From: Minisyncoccota bacterium
Lineage (GTDB): Bacteria; Patescibacteriota; Minisyncoccia; Phycocordibacterales; JABAAK01
Length of the DNA stretch: 42,843 bases
Assembly (NCBI GenBank): GCA_965204115.1
Contig: OZ241963.1
Span: 76,632-119,474 of the forward strand
Direction of reading: 5' to 3'
The translations under genes and the position numbers were made by a program. This document shows positions 9,443-17,956 of this stretch, in pieces (the stretch's first letter is position 1; the number at the start of each line of letters is the position of its first letter). Below the pieces are notes generated by a model that made no database searches, was not told where the DNA came from, and saw nothing but the letters and a program-made list of their open reading frames with translations.

Positions 9443-10042
9443 ATGCAAACAGATGTGTTAGATTTTGAGGAAGCGCCGCTTATGGTCGGTGATACCGTGC
9501 CGGAGGCGACCGCTTTTCAGGTGTTTCATAAAGATGAGATACAGGATGTGACTATTGCGTCTTTTCGTGGTAAGTGGCTGGTGCTTTTTTTCTATCCGGG
9601 TGATTTTACCTTTGTGTGTCCGACTGAGTTGGGGGAATTGGCGGGTATGTATGATAGTTTTCAGAAAGAGGGAGTGGAGATTGTCTCTATGAGTACTGAT
9701 ACGGTGTTTTCACATAAAATGTGGCATGAAACTTCACCGGTTATCAAGACCGTGCCGTTTCCGATGGGTTCTGATCATCGACATATTTTTGTCAACATGT
9801 TTGGTGTGTACTGCGAGGAGGACGGTTTGGCGTATCGGGCGTCTGTGGTGGTTGATCCGAATGGTGTTGTTCGTGCGATGGAGGTGCATGATAATTCCAT
9901 CGGTCGTTCGGCTACTGAATTGCTGCGTAAGGTGAAGGCGGCGAAATATGTGAGTGAGCACTCGGGGAAGGTGTGTCCGGCCAGTTGGCAGGAGGGTGAT
10001 GATCCTCTGACACCGGGAACTGACTTGGTGGGAAAGATATAG
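9443..10042 (+). CDS. ahpC: Peroxiredoxin (2-Cys, AhpC/Prx1)
   Basis: Motifs FFYPGDFTFVCPTE and VCPASW. Confidence 0.96.
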   Translation: MQTDVLDFEEAPLMVGDTVPEATAFQVFHKDEIQDVTIASFRGKWLVLFFYPGDFTFVCPTELGELAGMYDSFQKEGVEIVSMSTDTVFSHKMWHETSPVIKTVPFPMGSDHRHIFVNMFGVYCEEDGLAYRASVVVDPNGVVRAMEVHDNSIGRSATELLRKVKAAKYVSEHSGKVCPASWQEGDDPLTPGTDLVGKI

Positions 10043-10044
10043 CT

Positions 10045-10659
10045 ATGGCATTTCATGGACTACTTGTATCAAGCGGTTTCAGTTCCGATACTATTCGGGA
10101 GCGAGTTGCCCATATTGCCAAAGAGCGGGGGTACCGTAAGGCGCATATTATTACCACTGCCCGTCCTGAGAAAGAGCATGCGCCGTGGAACAAAGTGACA
10201 AAAAAGCAGTTGGAAGAGATGGGTATGCAGGTCTCGTTTGTTGATTTTGATGCCGGAGAGTCGTTGGCGGATGATGTAGATTTGATATATGTCTGCGGCG
10301 GGAATACCTTTCACCTGTTGCACAGTATACAAACTGCTGCTGCGTCGATACGGGAACAAGTTGTCGCGCTCTGCGATCGCGGGGGATTGTATATCGGCTC
10401 CAGCGCGGGCGCGGTGCTGGTGTCGCCGACTATTGCAAGCGCCGGAGAAGTGCATCCGGATAAAAATGAGGACGGCGTGGTTGACCTGACCGGACTGCAC
10501 TTCATTGAGCAGCATATTATTCCGCACTATCACTCATCGCTTGATGAGGAGATTGACCGCTTTCGTGAAACATACAACCTGCGTGAGCATGAAGTGGTGT
10601 TGTTGCAGGACGGGGAAGGGCTGTATGTAAACGATGGCGCGCAGGAGATTGTTTCCTGA
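10045..10659 (+). CDS. Peptidase S51 / dipeptidase E-like (class I glutamine amidotransferase-like fold)
   Basis: Motifs IYVCGGNTFHLL, YIGSSAGA and IIPHY. Confidence 0.88.
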   Translation: MAFHGLLVSSGFSSDTIRERVAHIAKERGYRKAHIITTARPEKEHAPWNKVTKKQLEEMGMQVSFVDFDAGESLADDVDLIYVCGGNTFHLLHSIQTAAASIREQVVALCDRGGLYIGSSAGAVLVSPTIASAGEVHPDKNEDGVVDLTGLHFIEQHIIPHYHSSLDEEIDRFRETYNLREHEVVLLQDGEGLYVNDGAQEIVS

Positions 10660-10687
10660 AGGTGTTTTTTCGTGCATTGCGGCGCGG

Positions 10688-11593
10688 TTAATTTCTTATG
10701 AACTCAAAAGTGGCGATGGGGATTGACGGCGGGTTTCTGAGCCTGCTGATCGGCTCCTTCGGATCTGTATCGTCATTAGCAGAGGTGAATTCGGGTCCGC
10801 TGTCAGTGCCGGCATCGTAGAGTGCGGCGGGAACGCTCACCCGCTCTAACCACCTGCCATTTTTGTAGAGCTCTACATTGCGCGCGGCGATAAACCAATC
10901 CGGGCTGGGGGCGATCATGGAAACAACGGTGATGTATGGGACATTTCTTGCCATAGTTATCTGTGTCGCATCCTCTCCCGGCGCATTGAAGACTCTCCCG
11001 GTACCGTGTGACAGGATGGCGCCGATGCGCGTGATGTTTTGTATTTCCTGTACTAATGTTCTTGTACCCCCGGTTTCCGCCATTATTTCCATCCCTTTAC
11101 TCGCGATCTCGTTTGACCGAAAAACTGTGTCTTTGAGGCGGTGTGACCATGCGACCATCGGTGAGATATGCGCACCCTTTGGATACCAGTTAGGATGCAA
11201 ACGCTTGCTCCAAGAAACGCCAAGACGAACCGTGTACGATATGGTAGTGTCACCGGAAAGGGTGAGAACAGCATCCGGCTGACGCAACTGCTTCTCGGGC
11301 GGCTGGTTGTCCACAAAGGTGATCGTTGCCAGGACATCTTCGTCCTCCTGCGGGCTTGGTGAGTCTGTTGGCGGTGTTTCTGCCGGTGGGGTGACTGTTT
11401 CTTGTGCTATCTCTTCCTGCTCTTCTGTTTCTTCAAACAGTGTTTCAATATCAAAATTCACCGGCTCCTGCTCCGGATCCGGCTCCTGCGACCCGGGGCT
11501 GCTTGTTGCGGAGAAAAATACCAACACACTGAGAATGATGACAATGATAATCAGCGTGGTCATATTCAGCGTGAATTTCTTTCTCACATCCAT
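10688..11593 (-). CDS. Membrane-anchored Spondin_N domain protein
   Basis: N-terminal TM and an acidic/Pro linker, then HISPMVAWSH, ASKGMEIMAETG, SMIAPSPDWF and LYDAGTDSG, typical of F-spondin/mindin domains. Confidence 0.88.
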   Translation of the reverse strand: MDVRKKFTLNMTTLIIIVIILSVLVFFSATSSPGSQEPDPEQEPVNFDIETLFEETEEQEEIAQETVTPPAETPPTDSPSPQEDEDVLATITFVDNQPPEKQLRQPDAVLTLSGDTTISYTVRLGVSWSKRLHPNWYPKGAHISPMVAWSHRLKDTVFRSNEIASKGMEIMAETGGTRTLVQEIQNITRIGAILSHGTGRVFNAPGEDATQITMARNVPYITVVSMIAPSPDWFIAARNVELYKNGRWLERVSVPAALYDAGTDSGPEFTSANDDTDPKEPISRLRNPPSIPIATFEFIRN

Positions 11594-11613
11594 ACTGCTG
11601 TATAGTATGCCAC

Positions 11614-13023
11614 CTATTTTTTCACAACGGTGCTTGCGGTGTCGGTATCTATAACATCGTAGCCGAGTTCGCTGATGCGGTCGCGGAGTGTGTCGGCAGT
11701 TGCGTAATCTTTATCGGTGCGGGCGCGATTGCGTTCGGCAAGTAGGGTGAGGACTTCCGGTGGGATTGCGGCTTTGCCTGCTGCTTCTTTTTTCGGTTTT
11801 TGCAGAATGCCGAGTACGCGATCTGCATAGCGAAGGGTGTTTCTTTTGACTATCGGGGTGAGGGAGGTGTCGCGCGCGATGTCGTGCATGACCGCGAGCG
11901 TTTTCGCGGTGTTGAGGTCGTCGGCGATTGCCGCGTCAATTGCCGCGCAGTGCGTTGTGTCACGCTCGGTGTTGAGGTATGAAAAGAGTGTATGAGGCAG
12001 TGCGGTATATTCTTTTTGGAGTCGTTGGAGTGCGGTTTGGGCGGCGCTGAGCGCATCAAAGGAGAATGAGAGTGGTGTGCGGTATGATGCCTGTAGGAAT
12101 AGGTAGCGGAGCGCGAGCGGGCTGTATTCGCGCTGTATCAGGTCGTCAATAGTGTAGGTGTTGTTGAGTGACTTTGATAGTTTCTCGTTGCCCATTGTCA
12201 GAAAGGCGACATGCATCCACAGATTTGCGAATACTTCACCGGAAGCGCCTTCGCTCTGTGCGATCTCGTTGTTGTGATGGACGGTGATGTGATCCATGCC
12301 GCCGGTGTGGATATCTATGGTGGTGTCGAGCAGTCGCATTGCCATCGCGGAGCATTCTATATGCCAGCCGGGGAAGCCGCGACCCCATGGCGAATCCCAC
12401 TCCTGTTGGCGGGTTACTCCTTCGGGGGTTCGCTTCCACAGAGCGAAGTCCTGAGGATGTTTTTTGCCGGCGACTTGCTGTATGCGTCCATGCTCGTTGC
12501 TCTCCTCGGTGTTTGGTAGTCCGAGTGCGCCGTAGGGTTGGTATGCTTGGGTGTCAAAGTAAATACCATCTGCGATATCATAGGTGTACCCTTTTTGCTC
12601 CAGTTGCTCAGTCAGCGCGATCTGCTCTTGGATGTAGCTTGTCGCGCGCGGGAAAAGGTAGCGATGCGTTTTAATGTGTAATCTTTTCAAGTCGGTGAGG
12701 AACAGGTCGCCAAAGCGCCGCGTAATCGCTTCCGCTGATTGGTTTTCCTGTGCTGCCTGTTTTTCTACTTTGTCCTCGCCCGCGTCTGCATCATCGGTGA
12801 GGTGTCCGACATCAGTGAAGTTGATCACATGCTTCGGGTGATAGCCGAAGTGACGCAAAGTGCGGTTGAGGGTGTCGGCGAAGACATAGGCGCGCATGTT
12901 GCCGATGTGGGCGGCTTGGTAGAGGGTCGGTCCACAGGAATAGATGCGCACCTGTCGTCCGACGAGGGGTGTGAGCGGGCGCAATGATTTGGTTTTGGTA
13001 TCGTAGAGTTCGAGGAGGCGCAT
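11614..13023 (-). CDS. cysS: Cysteine--tRNA ligase
   Basis: Motifs YSCGPT, HIGN, DFALWK, PGWHIECSAM and KLSKS. Confidence 0.97.
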   Translation of the reverse strand: MRLLELYDTKTKSLRPLTPLVGRQVRIYSCGPTLYQAAHIGNMRAYVFADTLNRTLRHFGYHPKHVINFTDVGHLTDDADAGEDKVEKQAAQENQSAEAITRRFGDLFLTDLKRLHIKTHRYLFPRATSYIQEQIALTEQLEQKGYTYDIADGIYFDTQAYQPYGALGLPNTEESNEHGRIQQVAGKKHPQDFALWKRTPEGVTRQQEWDSPWGRGFPGWHIECSAMAMRLLDTTIDIHTGGMDHITVHHNNEIAQSEGASGEVFANLWMHVAFLTMGNEKLSKSLNNTYTIDDLIQREYSPLALRYLFLQASYRTPLSFSFDALSAAQTALQRLQKEYTALPHTLFSYLNTERDTTHCAAIDAAIADDLNTAKTLAVMHDIARDTSLTPIVKRNTLRYADRVLGILQKPKKEAAGKAAIPPEVLTLLAERNRARTDKDYATADTLRDRISELGYDVIDTDTASTVVKK

Positions 13024-13079
13024 ATATAAAGTGTGGATTGGGTAGTATACTTACTATACCATAGTGCTATACTTACTGT

Positions 13080-14738
13080 ATGGGTGAAACAAAAAGAAAG
13101 ACGGCTAAGCAGGCAGTCAAAAAAGTTGCGCGAAAAAAGGTGGTGAAGCGGGCGACTGCCAAGCGCGCGGTTGCGAAGAAGCGTACGACAGCGAAACGGT
13201 CAGGAAGGAAGAAGGCGGGCGCGGCGAAAGGGGTTTCCATACGGCGCGTTGCTGAGAAAAAAGATGCCGCGTTGTATAGTGACGATGCGTCGGTGGTTCG
13301 GGAGATGCTCATCAGATCAGCTCCTAAGAGACGGATGAGTGTGGAGCGGTGTATGTCCGGACTCTACAGAGTTGCCAGAGCTTGCCGACCAAGGAGTGGT
13401 GCTGCTGCGGTGGGTATTTTTCTGCTCGGTGTTGTGACTACCCTGGCTGCACTGTTCGGGCTTATATATTTCAATAAAAGTGACATACTGGCGCGGCTGC
13501 TTATCGGCGCTGATACGCTGTACCTTAATGGAGTTGCGATACAGGTTGACCCGTCGTTCAGAAGATTGGTTGCTCATAATGTGCCGAGTGACTTTGAGGA
13601 TGTTAGTATGGATGATTTTTGGGAGGTTTGGCGATACCTTGAAGATTTGTATGTATCGCCGCCGGAAAAAATGACTGATGGAGTGGCGACCGAAAGGGAA
13701 GATTTGTTAGATCGGGATGCACTTCTTACCGGCGCGATTAAAGGACTTACCCGTGCGACGAAAGATCGGCATATAAACTTTTTCCTGCCGAAAGCTGCGA
13801 GTGATTTTGAAGATGAAGTGCTGAATGGTGAGATTGACGGTATCGGCGCATACCTCACTATCAACGATGATGATGTTCTCGAGGTGGCAAAGCCGATTGA
13901 CGGCGGTCCGGCCGACAAAGCGGGGTTGCGCGCAGGCGATCTCATCACGACCATTGACGGAGTGGATAGTTCGGAATACAATTTGTCCGAGGCAGCGGAT
14001 AACATTCGTGGCCCGCGCGGGACAACTGTTGTGCTGGAGATTTACCGGCCAATTCTTGAGGAGGAGTTAGAGATTCCTATTGTCAGGGCTCGTGTGGAGA
14101 TACCGACCGTTGAGACCGAAATACGAGATGGTGTGTTTGTCATATCGCTCTCAACCTTTACCAAGATCACGCCGAAAGCGTTTGGTGTGGCATTGCAGGA
14201 ATTCGCGGAAAGCGCGAACGCCGGCGGTCCGGATCGCCTTCTCCTGGATTTGCGTGGTAATATGGGCGGCATTCTCTCTGTGTCGGTGTATGTTGCCGGT
14301 ATGTTCTTGCCGGAAAATTCTGCCGTGCTCTATGAATACTCGGGTACCGAGACACTTAAAGCATACCGCACGACCAAGCCGGCATTCCAAAACGGTGTTT
14401 TGCCGAAAATGACCGTGCTCGTTGACGGCGCCACTGCTTCAGCTGCGGAGATACTTGCGGCGGCATTACGGCATTACGATATCGCTGACATCGTCGGTAG
14501 CAAAACTCTCGGCAAGGGATCGGTACAGGCAATTAAACCCGTTGGTGATAATAATGCCATTCTTAAAATTACCGTTGCTCATTGGCTCACACCGGCAAAG
14601 GAATCAATCGGGGGAGAAGGAGTTACGCCTGATGTGGATTACTCGGAGGAGTTGGAGGAGCTTTATAAGGAGGATCCGGAGACCGATATTAGTGAGGTAG
14701 AACTCAAGAAGGCAATTGAGCATTTGAAACAGCGGTAA
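13080..14738 (+). CDS. ctpA: S41 carboxyl-terminal processing protease (PDZ) with a histone-H1-like N-terminal extension
   Basis: GIGA PDZ motif, PADKAGL, LDLRGNMGG, TASAAEI and TLGKGSVQ. The first ~60 aa are K/A/R-rich, followed by a TM helix. Confidence 0.92.
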   Translation: MGETKRKTAKQAVKKVARKKVVKRATAKRAVAKKRTTAKRSGRKKAGAAKGVSIRRVAEKKDAALYSDDASVVREMLIRSAPKRRMSVERCMSGLYRVARACRPRSGAAAVGIFLLGVVTTLAALFGLIYFNKSDILARLLIGADTLYLNGVAIQVDPSFRRLVAHNVPSDFEDVSMDDFWEVWRYLEDLYVSPPEKMTDGVATEREDLLDRDALLTGAIKGLTRATKDRHINFFLPKAASDFEDEVLNGEIDGIGAYLTINDDDVLEVAKPIDGGPADKAGLRAGDLITTIDGVDSSEYNLSEAADNIRGPRGTTVVLEIYRPILEEELEIPIVRARVEIPTVETEIRDGVFVISLSTFTKITPKAFGVALQEFAESANAGGPDRLLLDLRGNMGGILSVSVYVAGMFLPENSAVLYEYSGTETLKAYRTTKPAFQNGVLPKMTVLVDGATASAAEILAAALRHYDIADIVGSKTLGKGSVQAIKPVGDNNAILKITVAHWLTPAKESIGGEGVTPDVDYSEELEELYKEDPETDISEVELKKAIEHLKQR

Positions 14739-14748
14739 AAAAAGCATC

Positions 14749-14848
14749 TTTTTCTCCAAAAAACCTTGTAAAATAAGGGATTTAGAGTTGACTTTTCTGT
14801 GTTTTTAGTGTATAATAAATCTAATCTTATTTCAAGTAGGAGGGTGTA
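14749..14848 (+). repeat. Cassette junction A: CAAAAAACC, inverted repeat and sigma70 promoter
   Basis: CAAAAAACCTTGTAAAATAAGGGATTT, then TTGACT(14788)-17 nt-TATAAT(14811). The downstream ~38 nt are homologous to 17041-17079. Confidence 0.8.
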
Positions 14849-14909
14849 CGGATTTGTATTCTGTGCGCTCTTTTTTAATTTGGTTGGAAAAAATACATGG
14901 AGGTAAATC

Positions 14910-15905
14910 ATGTATAGAGTTTTTGTTTTGTTCGGGATTCTCGTGCTGAGTTTAACGGGTGCGAGTATGGCAATGGCAGATCATGTGGTTGAGAGTGAAG
15001 TTGAGAAGTTGAGAATGCAGGTCATTAAGCTTCTTGATGAAATTAGTAAAATTCGAAATCAGGAGGTTTCTTTTGAATGGCTTGATGAAACACCCGGTTT
15101 CCGGTCTGTCTCCGGTTCTGAGATTAGTGGTTTGGACTTGGGAAATTTTGTGTACTACCGTCCGGTAGTGTGGGAAAGCGCCGGTAAAGGGAGTCCGGGT
15201 ATTTACGACCATCGTCATGGACTCCTCCTTCTCAGTAACGATGTTGAGCAAGCCGCGGTCATTTTTAATGACCGAATTATTGGTGTCAAAGACGGATCTT
15301 GTTTTTCGAGCAATTATCCGGATCCGATAGAGGCAATCAGGGTTTATGATCGTTTGTTTCCGGGAATTCACCAGAGGCGCACTGAGCCGCTTCTTGAGAA
15401 AAAAGGTTTGTTTAGGGATGAGGGTCCCGTGTACGGAGACCTGTACGACCATGTGGTCTTTCGGTTGTTTGGCCTCTATCCAAAAACAGATCATGACATC
15501 GTGATTAGGATTGGAGACACTACGATCGGTATCAGGCTTTCATCAGGTCGTCGACGGATGGAGTACCACCGAGAGGCTCGTTTGATGTTATTAGGTGGGG
15601 GTGGTATCTCTCTGCATGGGTATCCGGAGACCTTGCCGGAAGGAATTGACTATAAAGCAGTTGCCCGTACGGAAACCGATGCCCTTGGGTATCTGGTTAT
15701 CTCAGAGATTATGAGGGACATAACTCTCTTGACGCATAGAATGAACTGGGTTGACATGTCAACGGGGCTCGGAGCACCCGCAATACACTCACCCAATCTT
15801 TCTGTTGTCCCTTCGCTGGCCAGAAAGGCCGAACGGCTCTTTTTTGGGGTAAGCCCGGAAGGGAAGAAACTGACAACCTGGGGAGCGATAAAAAATCGCA
15901 AGTAA
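14910..15905 (+). CDS. Secreted hypothetical protein with C-terminal VSPEGKKLTTWGAIK tail (cassette 1)
   Basis: GGAGG RBS, signal peptide ending AMA-D, a short coiled coil and the distinctive C-terminal motif. Confidence 0.85.
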   Translation: MYRVFVLFGILVLSLTGASMAMADHVVESEVEKLRMQVIKLLDEISKIRNQEVSFEWLDETPGFRSVSGSEISGLDLGNFVYYRPVVWESAGKGSPGIYDHRHGLLLLSNDVEQAAVIFNDRIIGVKDGSCFSSNYPDPIEAIRVYDRLFPGIHQRRTEPLLEKKGLFRDEGPVYGDLYDHVVFRLFGLYPKTDHDIVIRIGDTTIGIRLSSGRRRMEYHREARLMLLGGGGISLHGYPETLPEGIDYKAVARTETDALGYLVISEIMRDITLLTHRMNWVDMSTGLGAPAIHSPNLSVVPSLARKAERLFFGVSPEGKKLTTWGAIKNRK

Positions 15906-15922
15906 AATAGCTCTCCACAACC

Positions 15923-15996
15923 AAACAAGCCAAGCGCTTTCAGTGCTTGGCTTGTTTTCTTTTTTATCCAAAAAACCTTTATAATGTGAGGGTTTT
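15923..15996 (+). repeat. Cassette junction B: hairpin/terminator, T-tract and CAAAAAACC inverted repeat
   Basis: AAACAAGCCAAGCGC-TTTCA-GTGCTTGGCTTGTTT, then TTTTTATCCAAAAAACCTTTATAATGTGAGGGTTTT. Confidence 0.8.
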
Positions 15997-16159
15997 GAGC
16001 GGGTGGACTTTGTTATATTTTATGATGTAGTAAATGGTATAATGAAGTTACTTTTATTGATAGGAAGATAAAAGAGTGTGCGTGGATATTTTTGTAATAT
16101 GTTCTTTGTAAACAGATTTTTCTTGAGTGCATAGTGTGCTCTATACATGGAGGTAAAGC

Positions 16160-16921
16160 ATGTATAAGGTTTTGGCGATTGTGATGGCATTTGTGGCAAT
16201 ACTTTTTGCTTTGGCAGGCTGTGAGAGATCTAAATCGACTCAAGACGCTGCGACTGACACGTCGGCGATTCCGGTTATTGAAGAGTCGCATTTTTATGAG
16301 AGCGATCAGCTCAGAGTGGTTCTGCCTGGAGATATAGATACGATTAAGATACTGGAGAAAGCTTCTGATGAACTTGGGAATCCTGATGTTGTTCTTCTTG
16401 AAGCTGAGAACGGAGGCGTGATTCACCGGGATCCTTCGTGGTTCTCTGAGGGACAAAAGGTCAGGTTTTTTATTATAAAAGAGATACGTTCGTGGGGCGC
16501 TGCTTCCCTCACGTTTTATTGGCTTTCTCCCGAGCACTCCCTCTCGGAGCATGTTGAGGAGTTTAAAAAACTCCCGCCGCCGGCTCTTTCCGGTTTTGAG
16601 ATCTTTAAATACGGCACTTCGATAATTGTGTTCTCTTTCGAAAGATCTAAAGAGTCAACAGAGTTTTTGGGCGTGCGGCATAAGACGCGGATTGGTACTG
16701 ATGAGTATGTTCAGGGGGCGGTTTGGTCAACCAAGTCGAATGAGTTGACTGATGGGAAAGAGGTTTGGGATGTTTTCCTCACTGACCCCTTGTCGGCCTT
16801 TGAAGATAATGTTGTATCGATATCTGCGGTCCTGATGACTGAGCTTGGGGATTACGAACTTCCTTCCGAGACGATGATGATCCCTTATGATGTGGGTAGA
16901 CCCTATAATTCTATAGAGTAA
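16160..16921 (+). CDS. Hypothetical lipoprotein (cassette 2)
   Basis: GGAGG RBS and lipobox LAGC-ER. Confidence 0.85.
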   Translation: MYKVLAIVMAFVAILFALAGCERSKSTQDAATDTSAIPVIEESHFYESDQLRVVLPGDIDTIKILEKASDELGNPDVVLLEAENGGVIHRDPSWFSEGQKVRFFIIKEIRSWGAASLTFYWLSPEHSLSEHVEEFKKLPPPALSGFEIFKYGTSIIVFSFERSKESTEFLGVRHKTRIGTDEYVQGAVWSTKSNELTDGKEVWDVFLTDPLSAFEDNVVSISAVLMTELGDYELPSETMMIPYDVGRPYNSIE

Positions 16922-16943
16922 TTGTTTCTTGCTTACATTTTAT

Positions 16944-17079
16944 AAGCCAAGCGCTTTCAGCGCTTGGCTTTTTTCATTTTTATACAAAAAACCCTTGTAA
17001 AATAAGGGTTTTTGACAGTAGACATTTATTAATTTTGTGGTATAATAAATCTATTCTTGTTTAAAGACAGGAGGGTGTA
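16944..17079 (+). repeat. Cassette junction C: hairpin/terminator, CAAAAAACCC inverted repeat and promoter
   Basis: AAGCCAAGCGC-TTTCA-GCGCTTGGCTT; AAAAACCCTT-GTAAAAT-AAGGGTTTTT; TG-G-TATAAT at 17038-17046. Confidence 0.85.
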
Positions 17080-17154
17080 TTTTTTGTTGTACCCTCATAG
17101 CAAACAATGTCACGACCCGAAAGAGGTGTGACTGCATGCCTTTAGGAGGCTAAA

Positions 17155-17826
17155 ATGCGTAATATTTTTGTTGCAATCTCGATAGCTGTGGGACTGTTTT
17201 TTGGTTTGGCGGGCTGTGATAGAGTTTCTAGTCCGCTTCAGGATAATGTTGTGACGCAAGATGATTTCAAAATCCGTCGTGGGGATCGGCTCCCTGGGTT
17301 CAGTAAGGAAATTCGTTATGGTGACGGCAACATCCTTGGTGCCTTGTCTTTGGAGTCCACAGAGGATTTTGAAGTGGAAGGTGTTAAGTTTTCTGTTTCA
17401 CTCAATCACTATGGTAGCAAGGCTGATTGGCGGAATGCTATTTTCTTCTCTGATGATGATGTTGCTATCGAGAACATTCGGTTACGGATAGTGAGTCGGG
17501 AGAGCGACCCTGCCTTAGAAGGTATTTTTTTGGATGACCGCGTGACATTCAGACCTAATGAGGATTGGAGTGAGGTTGTTGAAAGAGTAAATACTCGAGA
17601 CAGCTTTATTATTCCTGCCGGTCAGAGTATTCTTGTGATTCACGGAGACCTTGGGGTTGCGTGGGATTACCTTGCGGGTGCACATCTGCAGTTTACGCTT
17701 GATGTTGTACGTCACGCGGAAGGTGTTATTTCTGAGAAAGACTATACCGATTCCGGTGAATTTTTTTCTGAGGCACGCCGTTTTCTGGGCGTGGAAATTG
17801 TTCCTGTGCCGACTGTAGGGGAGTAA
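17155..17826 (+). CDS. Hypothetical lipoprotein (cassette 3)
   Basis: AGGAGG RBS, lipobox LAGC-DR and a beta-rich mature region. Confidence 0.85.
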   Translation: MRNIFVAISIAVGLFFGLAGCDRVSSPLQDNVVTQDDFKIRRGDRLPGFSKEIRYGDGNILGALSLESTEDFEVEGVKFSVSLNHYGSKADWRNAIFFSDDDVAIENIRLRIVSRESDPALEGIFLDDRVTFRPNEDWSEVVERVNTRDSFIIPAGQSILVIHGDLGVAWDYLAGAHLQFTLDVVRHAEGVISEKDYTDSGEFFSEARRFLGVEIVPVPTVGE

Positions 17827-17844
17827 ACGGTTTCCCCATTCCTT

Positions 17845-17894
17845 GCAGGTCACGTGCTTTTAGCATGTGGTCTGTTTTTTTATACAAAAAACCC
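17845..17894 (+). repeat. Cassette junction D: diverged hairpin plus left half-site only
   Basis: GCAGGTCACGTGCT-TTT-AGCATGTGGTCTGT, then TTTTTTATACAAAAAACCC, after which the homology stops. Confidence 0.75.
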
Positions 17895-17956
17895 GAGGAG
17901 AAAAGATGTGTACAGTGTGCTAAAAGAGGCGGAGGTGTGATAGCATATAACATATT

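Noticed and set aside
15923-16970. Integron attC sites
   Set aside because: There are no RYYYAAC/GTTRRRY ends or characteristic extrahelical bases, the hairpins are short, the units carry their own promoters, and no intI is in the window.
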